A DNA stretch of 64,000 bases from Thermoanaerobaculia bacterium. GTDB lineage: Bacteria > Acidobacteriota > Thermoanaerobaculia > Gp7-AA8. A program made the position numbers and the translations under genes. Location of the stretch: positions 77,424 through 141,423 of the forward strand of contig DASVEE010000045.1 of the NCBI GenBank assembly GCA_036380735.1, read 5' to 3'. The notes beneath the pieces were generated by a model that saw only the letters and a program-made list of their open reading frames with translations, did no database searches and had not been told where the DNA came from. This document shows, in pieces, positions 1 to 9,600 of the stretch (position 1 is the stretch's first letter; each line of letters begins with the position of its first letter).

Positions 1-528
1 AACCTGTACGTGGCGAGCTACCAGCTCCACTCCACGCTCGACTTCCGCGAGGTCATCCAGATCGTTCAGGAAATCATCATCAACCTGATCGGCGCGGAGT
101 CGTTCGCCATCCTCCTGCTCGATGAAAAGACGAACGAGCTGAAGACCATCGCCTACGAGGGCGACGACGTCATGCCCGGCGTGGACCGCATCTCCATTCG
201 CCTCGGCGAGGGGATCCTCGGCCAGGTCGCCAAGACCGGCGAGAGCTATTACATCAACCAGGACATCGATGCCGGCGTCTCCAGCGTCACCCTCGACAAA
301 CCGCTGGCCGCCGTCCCGCTGAAGATCAAAGAGCACGTCATCGGCCTGATCGTCATCTACAGGCTCCTGCAGCAGAAGGACGCCTTCTCGGCCGTCGACT
401 ACGAGCTCTTCTCACTGCTCGCGGCGCACGCGGCGACGGCCATCTTCTCGTCGAAACTCTATTCGCAGTCGGAGCGGAAGCTGAACACGATCCAGAGCTT
501 CCTCGATCTGCTCACGACTTCGGGTTAA
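1..528 (+). CDS. GAF-domain protein, 5' end outside window (paralog of 45944..46648)
   Basis: Frame +1 is open from base 1 (NLYVASYQLHSTLDF...), so the track ORF 10..528 is an internal piece. By-eye homology to 45944..46648 (shared NLYVASYQLH and D-ELF-LLA-HAATA). Confidence 0.7.
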   Translation, partial: NLYVASYQLHSTLDFREVIQIVQEIIINLIGAESFAILLLDEKTNELKTIAYEGDDVMPGVDRISIRLGEGILGQVAKTGESYYINQDIDAGVSSVTLDKPLAAVPLKIKEHVIGLIVIYRLLQQKDAFSAVDYELFSLLAAHAATAIFSSKLYSQSERKLNTIQSFLDLLTTSG

Positions 529-543
529 GGAGAGGCTCACACC

Positions 544-927
544 TTGGGGATGGAAAACGCGAACTTTCTGGTCGTCGAGGACTCGCCGACCATGCGGCAG
601 TTGATTTCTTTCTCGCTCAAGCGTTTCAAGAACGCGAAGATCATCGAGGCCGTCGACGGCGTCGACGCGCTCAAGAAGCTCTCCGGGCCGGACAGGATCG
701 ATCTCATTCTCACCGACATCAACATGCCGGTCATGGACGGGCTCAAGCTCGTCTCCCTCGTGCGCCAGAACGCGCAGCTCAAGAACATCCCCATCATCAT
801 CATCACGACGGAAGGCGCTGAAGAAGACCGCGAGCGCGGTCTCGCCCTCGGCGCCAACGCTTACATCTCCAAGCCGATCCAGTCGTCGCACCTCATCAAG
901 ACGATCTCGGAGCTCCTCTCGGTGTGA
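544..927 (+). CDS. CheY-like single-domain response regulator
   Basis: Receiver motifs: VVEDS..., LILTDINMPVMDG, ITTEG, NAYISKP. Confidence 0.85.
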   Translation: MGMENANFLVVEDSPTMRQLISFSLKRFKNAKIIEAVDGVDALKKLSGPDRIDLILTDINMPVMDGLKLVSLVRQNAQLKNIPIIIITTEGAEEDRERGLALGANAYISKPIQSSHLIKTISELLSV

Positions 928-2291
928 TGCCGCGCGGCGCGCGGGCTGTTCCACCGGCCGTCGTTGCGCTGCTGCTGTCGCTGCTCTTCCTGGCAGTGCG
1001 TGTGGCCCTGCTGCTCGCGCGCGAGCCGTTCTTCGACGAGCTGTTCACCGTGTGGCTCGCGCGGCAGCCGTACAGCGCCATCCTCCCGGCGCTGCTGCAC
1101 GATTCCGGTCCGCCGCTCTACTACTTCTTCGCGCGCATCCCGTCGGTGACCGCGCTGCGCGTGCTGTCGCTGATGGTGGCGTGCGTTCCTTTCGCGCTGC
1201 TGCTGTGGCGGCGGAAATTCATGGAGGCAGCGCTGCTCGCGGTGTATCCGCCGGCGGTGCTGTTCGCGGTGGATGCGCGCGCGTACGCGCTGTGCGGCGC
1301 GTTGCTGGCCGTGGCCATCGTGCTGCTGGATGCCAGGCGACCGTACGCCGCCGCGGTGGTGATGGCGCTGGCCGCGTACAGCCATTACTACGCGGTGCTG
1401 TTTTTTCCGTTGCTGTTGTTAGGTGTTCCGGCGGACCGCGCCGGCAGCGCCGGTGCCAACGACCGGGCGGGTGGCCACGGGTCCCATTCGTCCTATAGGT
1501 CCTATGGGTCCCATCGTTTCTCTATAGTTCCCGCGCTGACCGCAGCCATTCTGTTTCTGCCCGGCTTCTGGCTGGCCCTGCGCCAACCCCGTGAGGCCAT
1601 GGCGTGGAACCGTGACCAGTCGCTGTTTGCGCCCCTGCTGAATCTGTCCTTCGCCGGCGACTACCCGCACGCGTTGCTGCTGGCCGTGCCCATCGCCGTG
1701 GCCATCATTGCCACCATGCTCCTGGGCATCACGGGCATGCGCGCCACGCGCTACCTGCCGTTCATCGTGGTGCCGCTGATCCTGGCCACGCTGTTCGCGC
1801 TGACCGGGCGCACCGTCTATTACCCGTTGCGCTTCGAAGCGGTGCTGGCGTTCCCGCTGGTCCTGTGGCTCGGCGCGTCACTCGGGCGGTGGTACAAACC
1901 GCCGCGCCGGGTTCTCTTCGTGGCGTTGATGCTGCTCGGTGTGTTCAGCCTGTACCGAGGGACGATTGACCACCTGCGGCGGCCGCTCGACCCGTACCGC
2001 CAGACGGCGCTCGTCCTGAGGGAGCACGCCGGGAATGCAACCGTCGTCGCCTCGGGCTACCTCTACCTCGAGGCCGTCAACCAGCTCGGCGGCCGCGTCA
2101 TCGCCTTTCCTTCAGAGCAGGCTCAGCACCCCGGCTGGCGGGCAACCGCGCTCGTCGACCCCGCCACGCTCCCTCCGGTGTTCCTCTGGGTGGGGGAGCG
2201 GGGAGCGCCCGAGCTCGGCGTCATCAGCCGCGCCCGCCGGACTTCCATACTGTTTGAAAACGACAAGTCGCTCATCGTCCGTGTACACTGA
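924..2291 (+). CDS. Polytopic membrane protein, candidate GT-C (PMT_2/ArnT-like) glycosyltransferase
   Basis: Many hydrophobic helices. Acidic first-loop motif REPFFDELFTVW. Start GTG 924 / ATG 927 overlaps the upstream stop. Carries an in-frame family-B repeat at 1479..1520. Confidence 0.5.
   Translation: MMPRGARAVPPAVVALLLSLLFLAVRVALLLAREPFFDELFTVWLARQPYSAILPALLHDSGPPLYYFFARIPSVTALRVLSLMVACVPFALLLWRRKFMEAALLAVYPPAVLFAVDARAYALCGALLAVAIVLLDARRPYAAAVVMALAAYSHYYAVLFFPLLLLGVPADRAGSAGANDRAGGHGSHSSYRSYGSHRFSIVPALTAAILFLPGFWLALRQPREAMAWNRDQSLFAPLLNLSFAGDYPHALLLAVPIAVAIIATMLLGITGMRATRYLPFIVVPLILATLFALTGRTVYYPLRFEAVLAFPLVLWLGASLGRWYKPPRRVLFVALMLLGVFSLYRGTIDHLRRPLDPYRQTALVLREHAGNATVVASGYLYLEAVNQLGGRVIAFPSEQAQHPGWRATALVDPATLPPVFLWVGERGAPELGVISRARRTSILFENDKSLIVRVH
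1479..1520. repeat. Family-B nonamer repeat, solo arm, inside CDS
   Basis: gggtcccattcgtcctataggtcctatgggtcccatcgtttc, same 9-nt units as 21471..21510. Translated in-frame as GSHSSYRSYGSHRF. Confidence 0.8.
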
Positions 2292-2299
2292 AGGCACAC

Positions 2300-2773
2300 A
2301 TGCCACATTTCATCACCGATAAGTGCATCGGCTGCAGCGTCTGCGAGATCAAGTGTCCGACGAACACGATCTGGGGCGAGAGCAAGGGGCAGTACTACAT
2401 CCACCCCGAGCGTTGCATCGACTGCTCGGTGTGCGGCATCTACTGCCCGGTCGACGCCATCCAGAACCAGCATGGGGACTTCATCCCCCGCATCAAGCCG
2501 AAGGACATCCCGAAGGCGGAAGTCATCAAGGATCTCTGCACCGGCTGCGAGTTCTGCGTCGACATCTGCCCGTTCGAATGCATCGGCATGATCGAGCCGA
2601 ACGACGAAACGCTCGCGAATCACTACAAGATCGCCTTCGTCGAGAAGAACAAATGCGTCGCCTGCCGCCTCTGCGAAAGCGTCTGCGACAAGGACGCGAT
2701 CGTCGTGCCGGAAGCGCCGACGCAGCTCAAGACATATCTGCCGGACTTCGTCGTCGGCGGAACAGGACGCTGA
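2300..2773 (+). CDS. 4Fe-4S ferredoxin-domain protein (four cluster motifs)
   Basis: CIGCSVCEIKCP, CIDCSVCGIYCP, CTGCEFCVDICP, CVACRLCESVCD. Confidence 0.85.
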   Translation: MPHFITDKCIGCSVCEIKCPTNTIWGESKGQYYIHPERCIDCSVCGIYCPVDAIQNQHGDFIPRIKPKDIPKAEVIKDLCTGCEFCVDICPFECIGMIEPNDETLANHYKIAFVEKNKCVACRLCESVCDKDAIVVPEAPTQLKTYLPDFVVGGTGR

Positions 2774-3646
2774 TTGCCGCCGCTCGACTCGACCCCAGGC
2801 CACGAGCCGAATGACGATCTGCCGAAGGAATCGGCACGCACGATCCTTTTCCAGTTCGTGCTCTTCCCTCTCGGGGTCGTCGCCATCGGCGTCGCCATCT
2901 TCCTCCTCTTCGGGAAGCTCGCCGGCAACGAGCAGTCGATCCCCGATTACCTGACCGAGATCCGCTCCGGCGGCAGCCACGAACGGTGGCAGGCCGCATA
3001 TCAGCTCTCCAAAGCCATCAAACGCGGTGAAGCGAAGCAGTACCCCCAACTCGTGCCGCAGGTGGCGAAGCTGTTCAGCGACGCGGTCAACGACGACCCC
3101 CGCGTGCGCCAGTACCTGGCCATGGTCCTGGGCAATCTCGGCGACAAACGCGCCACGCCGGTCCTCGTCGCCGCTCTCACCGACAAGCACCTCGACACGC
3201 GCATCTACGCGCTGCTCGCCCTCGGGCAACTGCACGATCCCGCTGCTGCCCCGCCGCTGCAGAACGCGCTGCAGAACGGAGAAAAGGACGAGCGCAAAGC
3301 CGCCGCGTACGCCCTCGGCGAGCTCGGTCAGCCCGGCGCCGCCGAAGCTCTCGCCGCCGCGCTGAACGATCCCGAAGCGGACGTCCGCTACAACGCCGCA
3401 CTCTCGATGGCGCGTTTCGGCGACGGCCGCAGCATCGGCGTCCTCCGCGAGATGCTCGACCGCAGCCGCCTCGATCGCGTGCAGGGGATGCGCCCCGACC
3501 AGAAGGAAGACGCCATGCTCGCCGCGATCCCCGCGTACGTCCGGGTCGCCGGCGCCGAAGGCGCCCCCACGCTGCAGGCGCTCTCGCAGAGCGATCCGTC
3601 GATGCAGGTAAGGTCGGCCGCAAAAGAAGCGCTGGGCAACCGCTAG
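2774..3646 (+). CDS. HEAT/PBS-lyase-like repeat protein with N-terminal membrane anchor
   Basis: Hydrophobic segment ILFQFVLFPLGVVAIGVAIFLLF. Repeated helical units with the D..VR..AA.ALG pattern. TTG start directly after the ferredoxin stop. Confidence 0.6.
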   Translation: MPPLDSTPGHEPNDDLPKESARTILFQFVLFPLGVVAIGVAIFLLFGKLAGNEQSIPDYLTEIRSGGSHERWQAAYQLSKAIKRGEAKQYPQLVPQVAKLFSDAVNDDPRVRQYLAMVLGNLGDKRATPVLVAALTDKHLDTRIYALLALGQLHDPAAAPPLQNALQNGEKDERKAAAYALGELGQPGAAEALAAALNDPEADVRYNAALSMARFGDGRSIGVLREMLDRSRLDRVQGMRPDQKEDAMLAAIPAYVRVAGAEGAPTLQALSQSDPSMQVRSAAKEALGNR

Positions 3647-3674
3647 GACCTTCCGTCAGGCGGTGCCGGTGCCT

Positions 3675-3737
3675 GGTCTACCGATTGGTCCGATCCGTCC
3701 CATCTGTCCTATTCGTCCCATTCGTCTGATCGATTCG
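3675..3737. repeat. Family-B nonamer repeat, solo arm
   Basis: Seven consecutive 9-nt units (...tccgtccca tctgtccta ttcgtccca ttcgtctga...) just downstream of the HEAT gene. Confidence 0.75.
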
Positions 3738-3778
3738 TGCGCTGCCACGTAAGCCCCCGAATTCCGTCTTTTTTTGCG

Positions 3779-3807
3779 TTGACTTGGTTTCCGAGATCGT
3801 CGATATT
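3779..3807 (+). promoter_or_regulatory. Sigma70-type promoter candidate for the Rieske/cytochrome b operon
   Basis: TTGACT (3779-3784), 17 nt, GATATT (3802-3807), in a locally AT-rich patch ~35 nt upstream of ATG 3842. Confidence 0.4.
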
Positions 3808-3841
3808 AGGCGCACACCGTTAATAGTTTTTGTCCGCCCGA

Positions 3842-4414
3842 ATGTCTGAGCCGATCACGTCATATGAGGTGGCCCCGAAGACTCCTCTCGCGGGGAGTGC
3901 GGCGGCAGAAATTCGTGAGCAGGGTGAGATCACCCGGCGCAAGTTTCCTTTTGTGCTCACGACCGCCTGGCTCGCGCTGACCGCGGCCGTCGGCGGCCTG
4001 GCCGGCATCCTCGGGCGCTTCCTCTTCCCCAACGTTCTGTTCGAGCCCGTCCAGAAGTTCAAGGCGGGCCTTCCGTCCGACTACGCCTCGGGCGAAGTCG
4101 ACGAGCGCTGGAAAGACAAATACGGCATCTGGGTCGTGCGGCAGGAAGACGAGATCTACGCGCTCATCACCACCTGCACGCACCTCGGCTGCACGCCCAA
4201 CTGGCTCCCTTCCCAGAACAAGTTCAAGTGCCCGTGCCACGGCAGCGGTTATTACCGGAACGGCGTCAACTTCGAAGGACCGGCACCCCGCCCCCTGGAA
4301 CGCGCAAAGATCGCCATCGATACGTCCGACGGTCAGATCCTCATCGACAAGTCGGTTCAGTTTCACCATGAACGAGGTGAGTGGACGAATCCCGAGTCGT
4401 TTCTCAAGATCTAG
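3842..4414 (+). CDS. Rieske [2Fe-2S] subunit of a cytochrome bc-type complex
   Basis: CTHLGC ... CPCHGS Rieske boxes. N-terminal TM helix. Alternative TTG start at 3830. Confidence 0.9.
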   Translation: MSEPITSYEVAPKTPLAGSAAAEIREQGEITRRKFPFVLTTAWLALTAAVGGLAGILGRFLFPNVLFEPVQKFKAGLPSDYASGEVDERWKDKYGIWVVRQEDEIYALITTCTHLGCTPNWLPSQNKFKCPCHGSGYYRNGVNFEGPAPRPLERAKIAIDTSDGQILIDKSVQFHHERGEWTNPESFLKI

Positions 4415-4510
4415 CTTTGAGGTCTCAGCTCCTGGCTCTCGGAACCTCAGAGCCAAAAGCTAACACCTGAGAGCTTCACCCGGTTCGAGCGCGTACGTAA
4501 AAGGGGACGC

Positions 4511-5293
4511 ATGACACTGAAGCAGGTTCAGGAAGGCATCGTCAACTCGCAGATCTGGAAGTCCGTCTTCCGAGTCGGCATCCCCAATACCAACCGTAAA
4601 CGCGTCCTCGCCGTTCTCGGCTCGCTCATCCTCCACCTGCATCCCGTCAAGGTCCGCCGCTCCGGCGTGCGCATGTCGTACACCTGGTGCATGGGCGGTA
4701 CGTCGTTCTTCCTCTTCCTCGTCGAAACCGTTACCGGCCTGCTGCTGATGTTCTATTACCGGCCGACGATCGAATACGCCTTCACGGACATCATGGACCT
4801 GCGCGAGCAGGCGCCGTTCGGGATCATGCGCGAGATGCACCGCTGGGGTGCGCACGCCATGGTCATCGCCGTCTGGCTGCACATGTTCCGCGTCTTCATG
4901 ACCGGTTCGTACAAACCGCCCCGTGAGTTCAACTGGAACGTCGGTGTCATTCTCCTCGTGCTGACGCTCCTCCTTTCCTTCACCGGATACCTCCTGCCGT
5001 GGGACCAGCTTGCAATCTGGGCCATCACGGTCGGCTCGAACATGGCGCGCGCAACGCCAGGCATGGGAACGGAGGGGCCGGCTTCGGCCCTCATAAAACT
5101 GGGCGACGTCCCCCTGATTCACGCGGGGGACGACGCCAGATTCGCTCTCATTGCAGGACGTTCGATCGGCGCGGCGACGCTGCTCCGTTTCTACGTGCTG
5201 CACTGCATGGTCATCCCGCTGGCCGCGGGATTCCTGATGGCGATTCACTTCTGGCGCGTGCGTAAAGACGGCGGCATCAGCGGTCCGATGTAG
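4511..5293 (+). CDS. Cytochrome b, N-terminal (b6-like) subunit
   Basis: Four-helix pattern with conserved His-containing helices (LILHLHP, MHRWGAHAMVIAVWLHMFR). Sits next to the Rieske gene. Confidence 0.85.
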   Translation: MTLKQVQEGIVNSQIWKSVFRVGIPNTNRKRVLAVLGSLILHLHPVKVRRSGVRMSYTWCMGGTSFFLFLVETVTGLLLMFYYRPTIEYAFTDIMDLREQAPFGIMREMHRWGAHAMVIAVWLHMFRVFMTGSYKPPREFNWNVGVILLVLTLLLSFTGYLLPWDQLAIWAITVGSNMARATPGMGTEGPASALIKLGDVPLIHAGDDARFALIAGRSIGAATLLRFYVLHCMVIPLAAGFLMAIHFWRVRKDGGISGPM

Positions 5294-5307
5294 GGGAGAG
5301 CGAGCCG

Positions 5308-6531
5308 ATGGAATTCCTCAAGAACTTCGTCAACGTTCTCTCCGTCGCCTCGATCTCGTTCACCCTTCTGTCGGCGGTCTTCGCCTTCATCGTCTACTTC
5401 AATCTGCTCGACGGCCGGCTGAAATCGAAAGGCGGCATCGGCTTCGTCGTGCTCGGCGCCGTGTTCCTCATCGGCGGCATCTTCGCGCAGACGCTCCTGT
5501 ATCTCGGCATCGCCTACTTCCTCTGTCTGTGGGGCTGCGCGAAGCTCGGTCCCCGCATGTGGGACACGAAAGTCGGCGTCTGGCTGCTCATATTCAGCGC
5601 GTTCGCCTTCGCGCTGTCGCTGCTCGACCCGAACTTCTTCCTCATCGCCGCCAAGCCGGACAACGTCCCCATCGGCGCGATGATCTTCCTCCTCGGGATC
5701 TTCACGTGGATCGCGCTGCGGAAGGCGTATCTCAACGACAAGGCGATGGAGCGTGGCGGCATCCCGTGGGAGAAGACCGAGTCGGACGAGAAACTCTTCA
5801 CCTGGCCCGATCTCGTCTACACGGAGCTGCTGTGCATGATCCTTCTGACGATCGTCATGATCGTCTGGTCGATCGGCCTGCGCGCGCCGCTGGAAGAAGC
5901 GGCCAACCCGACCTCGTCTCCCAATCCTGCCAAGGCGCCGTGGTACTTCCTCGGGCTGCAGGAAATGCTCGTCTACTTCGATCCGTGGCTGGCCGGCGTC
6001 GTCCTGCCGACGCTGATCATCGTCGGCCTCATGGCCATCCCGTACATCGATACGAACCCGAAGGGGAACGGCTACTACTCGTTCCGGGAGCGGCGCTGGG
6101 AGATCGGCACCTTCCTCTACGGCTTTCTCGTCCTCTGGTCGTTCCTCATCATCACCGGCACGTTCCTGCGCGGCCCCAACTGGAACTTCTACGGTCCGTA
6201 TGAATTCTGGGATCCGAACAAGCTCGAGCCGCTGGTCAACATCGACCTGTCCGAGCTGATCTGGGTCAAGGCGCTGAACATGCCGCTGCCGCGCCTCTGG
6301 TTCATCCGCGAGCTGTTCGGCCTCCTGCTCGTGCTCGCGTATCTCGGCCTCGCTCCCGCGCTGGCGATGGGCCCTTTCCGACGTTTCTATCTGAAGATGG
6401 GCGCCGCCCGCTATTACGTCGGCGCGTTCCTCTTCCTCTCGATGATGTCACTGCCGATCAAGATGGTTCTGCGGTGGCTGTTCAATCTCAAGTACATCGT
6501 TCACATTCAGGAGATCTTCTTCAACATATGA
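5308..6531 (+). CDS. Cytochrome b C-terminal / subunit-IV-like subunit with extra N-terminal helices
   Basis: PEWY-type motif variant AKAPWYFLGLQEML. Many TM helices. Follows the b6-like gene. Confidence 0.7.
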   Translation: MEFLKNFVNVLSVASISFTLLSAVFAFIVYFNLLDGRLKSKGGIGFVVLGAVFLIGGIFAQTLLYLGIAYFLCLWGCAKLGPRMWDTKVGVWLLIFSAFAFALSLLDPNFFLIAAKPDNVPIGAMIFLLGIFTWIALRKAYLNDKAMERGGIPWEKTESDEKLFTWPDLVYTELLCMILLTIVMIVWSIGLRAPLEEAANPTSSPNPAKAPWYFLGLQEMLVYFDPWLAGVVLPTLIIVGLMAIPYIDTNPKGNGYYSFRERRWEIGTFLYGFLVLWSFLIITGTFLRGPNWNFYGPYEFWDPNKLEPLVNIDLSELIWVKALNMPLPRLWFIRELFGLLLVLAYLGLAPALAMGPFRRFYLKMGAARYYVGAFLFLSMMSLPIKMVLRWLFNLKYIVHIQEIFFNI

Positions 6532-6534
6532 CCC

Positions 6535-6637
6535 GGTTGTTGGTTGTCGGTTTTCGGTTTTCAGTGGAGACCGAAACCCGCAACACAACGTGAGCGACAA
6601 CTACCGACCGAAAACCGACAACCGAAAACCGACAACC
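6535..6637. repeat. Family-A heptamer palindromic repeat (CCGAMAA variant)
   Basis: Left arm ggttgttggttgtcggttttcggttttc, right arm gaccgaaaaccgacaaccgaaaaccgacaacc. Fills the gap between 5308..6531 and 6640..10023. Confidence 0.8.
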
Positions 6638-6639
6638 AA

Positions 6640-9600
6640 ATGAAGCCGCAAGAGCCGATCCCACACAACTACTCGATCAAGAGGCTGAATCTCATCTTCG
6701 CGCTGAGCAGCCTTCTGCTGCTCGGAGTGACGGGCGCGATCGTGCTCTACGACTACGTGCGCGGCTGGAAGTGGTTCCAGATCGAGTTCATGCGCATCCA
6801 GCACGAGCGCATCCAGCAGGAATTGCAGGCCGCGAACGACGGTGAGCTGCGCAAGCAGCTCGCCGCGCTCGACAAGGAGCGCCGCGAGGGGCAGGTCGAG
6901 ATCGCGAAGGACCGGCGCCAGTACATCGCCGCGCAGAAGGACCTCGAGGCGTGGGAAGGGCGCTATTACGCGGCCGACCAGGATTACCGTTTCGCCAAGG
7001 CGCTGCTCGACGCGAAGCGTTACGAGCTCGAGACCTCGGTGCACCACAAGAAAGCGGACGCCAAAACCAAGCAGCGCGAATTCGACGAGCTGGCGGATCG
7101 GGTGCAGCGCACGACGCTGACCCTGCAACAGGTGACCCGGGATCGCGACGCTTCCAAGGCGCGTCTCGATCGCTGGCTCGGCGTCATCAACAAGATCGAA
7201 GACCGGCGCAAGGAGCTGACCGCGTCGATCGAGCTGCTCGAGAAGCAGCTCGCCAGCGTTTCCGCGACGACGCCGAACGTCGTGCTCAACATGCCGATGC
7301 TCGATTTCGTCAACCCGACGTTGAAGATCGATCAGGTCGTGCTGAACGACATGTTCATCGACATGAACTACATGTCGGTGCCGCGCGTCGACCGTTGCCA
7401 GACCTGCCATCGCGCCATCGACCGCCCCGGCTTCGAGTCGAAGAAAGAAGCGACGCGTCTCATCGACGAGCTGAGTCTGCAGCTCGAGCGCAACCAGATC
7501 GTCGGCGACAAACGCCCGGAGGCGGAGGCGCGGATCGAGCAGTTGACGCGGATCAAGAACGCGAAGAAAGAGATCTTCAACCCGTGGCGGACGCACCCGC
7601 GGCTCGACGTCTTCGTCGGCTCCGCCTCGCCGCATCCGCTGCTCGATTACGGCTGCACCGTCTGCCATCGCGGGCAGGATCGCGCCACCGAATTCGGCCG
7701 CGCCGGTCACGTCGCGCCCAACAAGAAGATGGAGAAGCGGTGGAGCAAGCCGTGGCCCGCGCTCACGGCGAGCGGCGTGCTCATGCCGTGGAAGACGCTC
7801 GACGCCAACCGCCAGCAGCGCAACTGGGACTGGGCCGCGAATCCGTACCTCGAGACGCCGATGTATCCGCGCCAGTATTACGAGGCCGGTTGCCTCAAGT
7901 GCCACGCGGGACAGATGGATGTCGAGGAGGGGAGCCGCATCACGAAGGCGACGCAGATGGTCGAGCTGTACGGCTGCCACGCGTGCCACAAGATCGACAA
8001 CTGGCGCTTCCAGGATTTGCGCAAACCGGGGCCGAGCCTCGACGGGATCGCCGAGAAAACCACGCCGGAGTGGACGTTCCGCTGGATTGCGAACCCCTCG
8101 CACTTCCGCTCCACGACGCGTATGCCGTCGTTTTTCTACCAGCGCAACATGACCGATCCGCACGCCGGCCTGTCGGCGAACGAACGGGCGCAGAACACGA
8201 AGGCCCAGGACGCCGAAGTCCACGCCATCGTCACCTACCTCTTCTCCAAGTCGACGCGCCGCCAGTGGAGCGCGCCGGGAGCCGGTGACGCCGGCCGCGG
8301 CAAGCAGCTCGTCGAATCCGTCGGCTGCATGGGCTGCCACATCGCGCAGGACTCGGTCGAGGAGAACGGGAAGGCTCGCGCCGCGAAGCGTGACGATTTC
8401 CCGCTGGAGCGTCACTACGGCTTCAATCTCACCGGCATGGGGACGAAGACCCACGCCAACTGGATCTACAACTGGGTCAAGAACCCGAAGGCGTACTACG
8501 CGAATGCGCCGATGCCGAGCCTCCGCCTCACCGATCAGGAAGCGTCCGACATCACCGCGTACCTCCTGACGCTGCAGAAGCCGCAGTTCATGCAGCAGCC
8601 GGTGCGTCCGCCTGACGCGCGCACGGTCCGCGAGCTCGCCAAGGCTTACCTCATCAACACCATGTCGGACCGCGACGCCGAGCGCCGCCTGAACGAGCTG
8701 CCGCTGAACGCGCAGCTCGTCTACCTCGGGCAGCGCAGCATCGAAAAATACGGCTGCTACTCCTGCCACGACATCAAAGGCTTCGAAGGCCTCAAGCCGA
8801 TCGGCACCGACCTCACGATCGAAGGCTCGAAGAACATCCACCTCTTCGACTTCGGCCTCACGCACGACTACGAGGCGTGGGACGGGAAGCATGAGCACAT
8901 CAACCACACCGTCCCGTCCTGGATCTACAACAAGGTCCGCAGCCCCCGCGTCTACGACGACCATCGCAACAAGCCGTACAACGACAAGCTGAAGATGCCG
9001 AACTTCCACCTCACCCCGAACGAGGCGGAGCTCATCACGAGCGTCGTCGTCGGGCTGACGAAGGAGCGCGTCTCGGCCAACAAGCTCGCGGCGATGGATT
9101 CGCGCGACCGCATCGTGGAAGAAGGGCGCAAGCTCGTCTCGCAGCACAACTGCCGCGGATGCCATGTCGTCAACCGGCAGGGACGCGCCATCGCGCCGCT
9201 CATCGCCGATCCCAACTTCCTGCCGCCCGATCTCAGTCCTGAAGGCGCGCGCGTGCAGTCGCCGTGGCTCTTCAACTTCCTCAAAGACCCGACGGTGATG
9301 CAGATCCGTCCGTGGCTGGCGGTGCGCATGCCGACGTTCCACTTCGACGACGCCGAGGCCGCGCAGCTCGTGTCGTACTTTGCGGCCGAAGGGGAGAAGC
9401 CGCAGTTCGACACGTGGTCCAACCATGAGCCCGACCCGGCGCGCGTCGCCGTCGGGCGCCAGGTCTTCCAGATGCTCCGCTGCCAGCAGTGCCACGCGCT
9501 CAATCCGGTCAATCCCGAGAACCCGCCGCTGCCGGACATCGCGGACACGCAGTCGCTCGCACCGAACCTCACGCTCTCCCGCATCCGTCTGCGCCACGAA

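Noticed and set aside
6601-9597. 998-aa antisense ORF opposite the octaheme cytochrome gene. Similar cases: 31706..34966 (+), 42303..44678 (+), 56127..59429 (+), 39679..40938 (-), 27490..28776 (-), 21565..22743 (+)
   Set aside because: These are typical GC-rich shadow ORFs. They are Arg/Ala/Gly/Asp-rich, carry no motifs, and lie opposite genes with clear family signatures.
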